IMG/VR virus record: IMGVR_UViG_3300049793_000365
From: an uncultured virus (IMG/VR IMGVR_UViG_3300049793_000365)
Lineage: Duplodnaviria; Heunggongvirae; Uroviricota; Caudoviricetes
DNA length: 20,000 nt
Direction: 5' to 3' (one strand)
The notes beneath the pieces are model-generated. The model saw only the letters and a list, made by a program, of their open reading frames with translations. It did not search any database and was not told the DNA's origin. Positions 17,287 through 20,000 of the stretch are shown piece by piece. Within the stretch, counting starts at the first letter, position 1. Every line of letters starts with the position of its first letter. A program made the position numbers and the translations under genes.

Positions 17287-17485
17287 TGATAAGAGACAAC
17301 GTGAGCTTGTAAATAAATTGATACAAGCGGCTAATCAGCTTAGTAAACAAAATGAGGGAAAGGCTGACCACGTTATTGTTTCTCCTGATTTATATGAGAA
17401 GATAGAAGAAATGAAAGAGTATATTGAAATTCTTGAGCGAATGAAAAATCGTAATAAAGGAATTGATGATGTACTTAACGGTTAA
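17270..17485 (+). CDS. Small protein with C-terminal motif (NRNKGIDDVLNG*)
   Basis: 71-aa ORF, last gene of the operon; convergent with 17482-18207. Confidence 0.7.
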   Translation: MAKGNDDKRQRELVNKLIQAANQLSKQNEGKADHVIVSPDLYEKIEEMKEYIEILERMKNRNKGIDDVLNG

Positions 17486-18207
17486 GGTCTAATCGCAAAT
17501 GTTTCACCTTCTTCTAATTGAAATTCTAATATAACTTTGGTATCTTGAATATTGATATCAATGATTCTATTATTAGACTTCAACTCTTTTTCCATTTTTA
17601 ATATCTGTCTTGCTGTTGGTGTTTCACCACCAAGTCCTAAACCACCTATATCCATTGTTAATTGAATAACATTATTACCCTCTTCTTCATAGTCCATCAT
17701 TTCAAGAGATTGACTAAATTCTCCCAACCAAGTATTTAATTTCTTCTTACTTATAGTAACTCTATTATTCTTTGTATCAACCCAATCTAATTCTGATTTA
17801 TCAGTGATGCCTTTTCTTGGTACGATTAGTCTTATATAATAAGGACCAGGTGAACCATCAGCGTTACCATCACCATTATCGTGACTTAATGTACACTCAT
17901 ATCCAGAACTGATTATCTTCTTCATTGCGGTGTATAAATGTTTATAAACACCAGCTAAATAGTTACTATCTTCTATATAATCACTGACATCATTAATAGA
18001 TAACTCAGTTTTCTTTTTATTCCTTTTGGGAAACATAAATTGAAGTATGAAAATTCTTTCATCCTTAAGCCAACTATCCATTGATGGGTCATAGTCTTCA
18101 ATTAAAGCAAGCAAAGCTGGTTCAACGATATCATTGAGTTCCTTTGCCTCTTTCGCGACTCCTGTATTTTCACTTTCAAATACTTGAAATGATTTAATCT
18201 TTTTCAT
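17482..18207 (-). CDS. Hypothetical protein with N-terminal MKKIKSFQVFES motif
   Basis: 241-aa ORF; TAATATATA 5 nt upstream. Confidence 0.75.
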   Translation of the reverse strand: MKKIKSFQVFESENTGVAKEAKELNDIVEPALLALIEDYDPSMDSWLKDERIFILQFMFPKRNKKKTELSINDVSDYIEDSNYLAGVYKHLYTAMKKIISSGYECTLSHDNGDGNADGSPGPYYIRLIVPRKGITDKSELDWVDTKNNRVTISKKKLNTWLGEFSQSLEMMDYEEEGNNVIQLTMDIGGLGLGGETPTARQILKMEKELKSNNRIIDINIQDTKVILEFQLEEGETFAIRP

Positions 18208-18212
18208 TATAG

Positions 18213-18221
18213 TATATATTA
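18213..18221 (-). promoter_or_regulatory. Putative late promoter TAATATATA
   Basis: Plus-strand TATATATTA; 5 nt before the minus-strand ATG at 18207. Confidence 0.65.
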
Positions 18222-18263
18222 AAAACGATTAAACTTTATTCAATTTTGGTCTAAAATAAAGAC

Positions 18264-18821
18264 ATGATAAATTATAGGATTTTAATACAGGCGTTAGATT
18301 ACTACCAGTCTATGGGCTTCACTCATAAAGAAGTTGATTGGTTAGTTGAAGAATCAATTGCGAATATAACCAAGCCAGATTTTGTTAGAAACTTCTACAT
18401 AGATGACAAAGCATTGGTTGGTTCAGCAGAACAATCATTTTTACAAATGATAACACACAACGAATTACCACCAGGGCAGTATGTGGCATTGACACCATGC
18501 TTCAGAGATGATGTTGAAGATTTGACACATAAGAGATATTTTATGAAAGTAGAATTAATAGATACATTAAATACCTCAGAAGAAAGATTGAATGAAATAG
18601 TTAATATATGTGTTGACTTCTTCAAACAATTTACTGATGTGAGGATAGAGAAAACTGGTGATTTGATGTACGACATTGTAGACGCTAAAACGGGTATTGA
18701 GCTTGGTTCCTATGGTATAAGACATCATCAGTCAGTTAATACGTGGATATATGCTACGGGTGTAGCAGAACCTCGTTTATCAACCGTAATAGACCTAAAC
18801 AATGGCGTGTCCAAACTGTAA
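18264..18821 (+). CDS. Minimal class II aminoacyl-tRNA-synthetase-like (SerRS-like) catalytic domain, no tRNA-binding domain
   Basis: LVGSAEQ (cf. SerRS TAE loop), motif 2 TPCFRDD...H.RYFMKVEL, IELGS, motif 3 ATGVAEPRL; only 185 aa. Confidence 0.8.
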   Translation: MINYRILIQALDYYQSMGFTHKEVDWLVEESIANITKPDFVRNFYIDDKALVGSAEQSFLQMITHNELPPGQYVALTPCFRDDVEDLTHKRYFMKVELIDTLNTSEERLNEIVNICVDFFKQFTDVRIEKTGDLMYDIVDAKTGIELGSYGIRHHQSVNTWIYATGVAEPRLSTVIDLNNGVSKL

Positions 18822-18996
18822 GAAAGATTTATCGATGTATCAATATACTTGGATAGACCACACACCACACGAATACATAGAAGATTGTCATCATTGTGGA
18901 TTTAGCATCTATACGGTAGAAGGAAAGAAAACTGTTTATAACCCAGTAATGGATAAAATACGGTTTAGAGATGAGAAAATAGATAAGATAAATTAA
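18802..18996 (+). CDS. Zn-ribbon protein with C-terminal motif (FRDEKIDKIN*)
   Basis: CPNC...CHHC; 64 aa. Confidence 0.7.
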   Translation: MACPNCKKDLSMYQYTWIDHTPHEYIEDCHHCGFSIYTVEGKKTVYNPVMDKIRFRDEKIDKIN

Positions 18997-19295
18997 TGGA
19001 GATATTGTATTTAACTGGTAAGTATTCATTAATGGGTGATAAGAATGAAATTTCTCTTTATATAGATGGGGCTGAAACACCAATAAGCTTGAAGAGAGGT
19101 TTAATCTACACAAAAAGCATAAAGGATAAACATCAGATTTATTATTACAACAAGCTAATGGAAACTGTTTATAATGAATGTGACCCATTTGATTTTATGG
19201 ATGCTAAATATTACAGTAGCATATTACCAAATATGCTTAAGTGGTACAGAGAGTACATAGTCGATACTAAATTGAAGCAATTACTGAATGATTGA
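18996..19295 (+). CDS. Hypothetical protein with C-terminal motif variant (IVDTKLKQLLND*)
   Basis: 99-aa ORF; TAATG coupling. Confidence 0.7.
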   Translation: MEILYLTGKYSLMGDKNEISLYIDGAETPISLKRGLIYTKSIKDKHQIYYYNKLMETVYNECDPFDFMDAKYYSSILPNMLKWYREYIVDTKLKQLLND

Positions 19296-19587
19296 GGAAT
19301 TACCGATTGATAAAAATGAAAGAAGAGAATATCTTAGAAAAAGAGGTTTGGTTTTATCCGAATCGCTATTATCTAAAACATTCGCTATGTGTGATTCACC
19401 TATGTTTAGCATGGGTGGTAGTATTTTGAGCTGTAATACCTGGGCTGGTGAGCCAAAATTAGATGCCAATGAAATATTTGTAATATACAAGAGAGAAGGA
19501 GATACATACAGGGGTACTATTGTACCAAGGTCTATATTAAGTTTGGATAAAATTAGAGAAGACCAAATAAATAAGATATTTGAATGA
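19288..19587 (+). CDS. Hypothetical protein with C-terminal motif (IREDQINKIFE*)
   Basis: 99-aa ORF overlapping both neighbours. Confidence 0.7.
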   Translation: MIEELPIDKNERREYLRKRGLVLSESLLSKTFAMCDSPMFSMGGSILSCNTWAGEPKLDANEIFVIYKREGDTYRGTIVPRSILSLDKIREDQINKIFE

Positions 19588-20000
19588 ATAAGCAATTAAG
19601 ATATGATACCGCATATTTACGTTTAGCTACTGAATGGAGTAAACTATCATGGGCTAAAAGAAAGCAGGTAGGTTCACTTTTAGTTAAGGATGGTGTGATT
19701 ATATCAGATGGATATAACGGAACGCCCACGGGCTTCGAAAACGAGTGTGAAGATGGTAATGGTGATACTAAGTGGTATGTTATACACGCAGAGGCTAATG
19801 CTATATTAAAATGTTCAAAATATGGTAACTCATGTGATGGTTCAACACTTTATATAACACACTCACCATGTAGAGATTGCTCAAGATTGATTTTACAAAC
19901 CGGAATAAAGAGAGTTGTCTATATAAATGACTATAAGGATCCTTCTGGGAAAGAATTTTTAATAAAGGCTGGTATACCAGTAGAACAAATTAATATTTAA
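19584..20000 (+). CDS. dCMP deaminase (ComEB/Dcd family)
   Basis: GYNGTP.G, HAEANAI, SPCRDC Zn-binding motifs; TAA at 19998-20000. Confidence 0.93.
   Translation: MNKQLRYDTAYLRLATEWSKLSWAKRKQVGSLLVKDGVIISDGYNGTPTGFENECEDGNGDTKWYVIHAEANAILKCSKYGNSCDGSTLYITHSPCRDCSRLILQTGIKRVVYINDYKDPSGKEFLIKAGIPVEQINI

Noticed and set aside
2007..19595. Shadow ORFs 2007-2192, 4159-4455, 5352-5648, 5473-5667, 5683-6009, 8516-8767, 10589-10825, 10792-10995, 12050-12319, 12978-13229, 13593-13796, 14088-14300, 16751-17002, 18395-18676, 18829-19188, 19281-19595
   Set aside because: Antisense or alternate-frame overlaps of better-supported genes, with no recognisable motifs.
1..20000. Alternative genetic code (TAG or TGA recoding, known in some large phages)
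   Set aside because: Conserved genes are full length in the standard code, coding density is near complete, and TAA, TAG and TGA all end genes at sensible junctions.
1..20000. tRNA, rRNA or other structured RNA genes, introns or inteins
   Set aside because: Intergenic gaps are short and AT-rich with no cloverleaf seen by eye; nrdB, yeaG and the visible part of metG are uninterrupted.

Overview
AT-rich, densely coding 20 kb segment read in the standard genetic code. It is most consistent with a large (jumbo-type, T4-like) phage genome; Bacteroidota-type TTTG-N20-TAnnTTTG promoters suggest a Bacteroidota host (inference). Recognisable genes: a methionyl-tRNA synthetase running off the left edge (not in the ORF track), RNR beta subunit, NUDIX hydrolase, two Ser/Thr/Gly-rich virion-like proteins, YeaG/PrkA AAA+ protein and YeaH vWA protein, a stand-alone Smr protein, a MazG-like protein, a minimal class II (SerRS-like) aaRS paralog and dCMP deaminase. 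Two short ORFs below the track cutoff were found by hand: an ArfA-like basic peptide and a Zn-finger protein. The most striking pattern is that the hypothetical proteins fall into two mutually exclusive classes. About 12 unrelated small proteins end in a shared C-terminal motif R-[DEN]-x-K-[IL]-x-x-[IL]-[IL], and several of them carry what look like fragments of other proteins (ClpC-type UVR helix, capsid-like, scaffold-like and fibre-like segments). About 7 proteins begin with a motif like MKHLKxFxxFES, resembling the T4 capsid-targeting sequence, and sit behind a TAATATATA element. All family calls come from motif recognition by eye; no searches were run.
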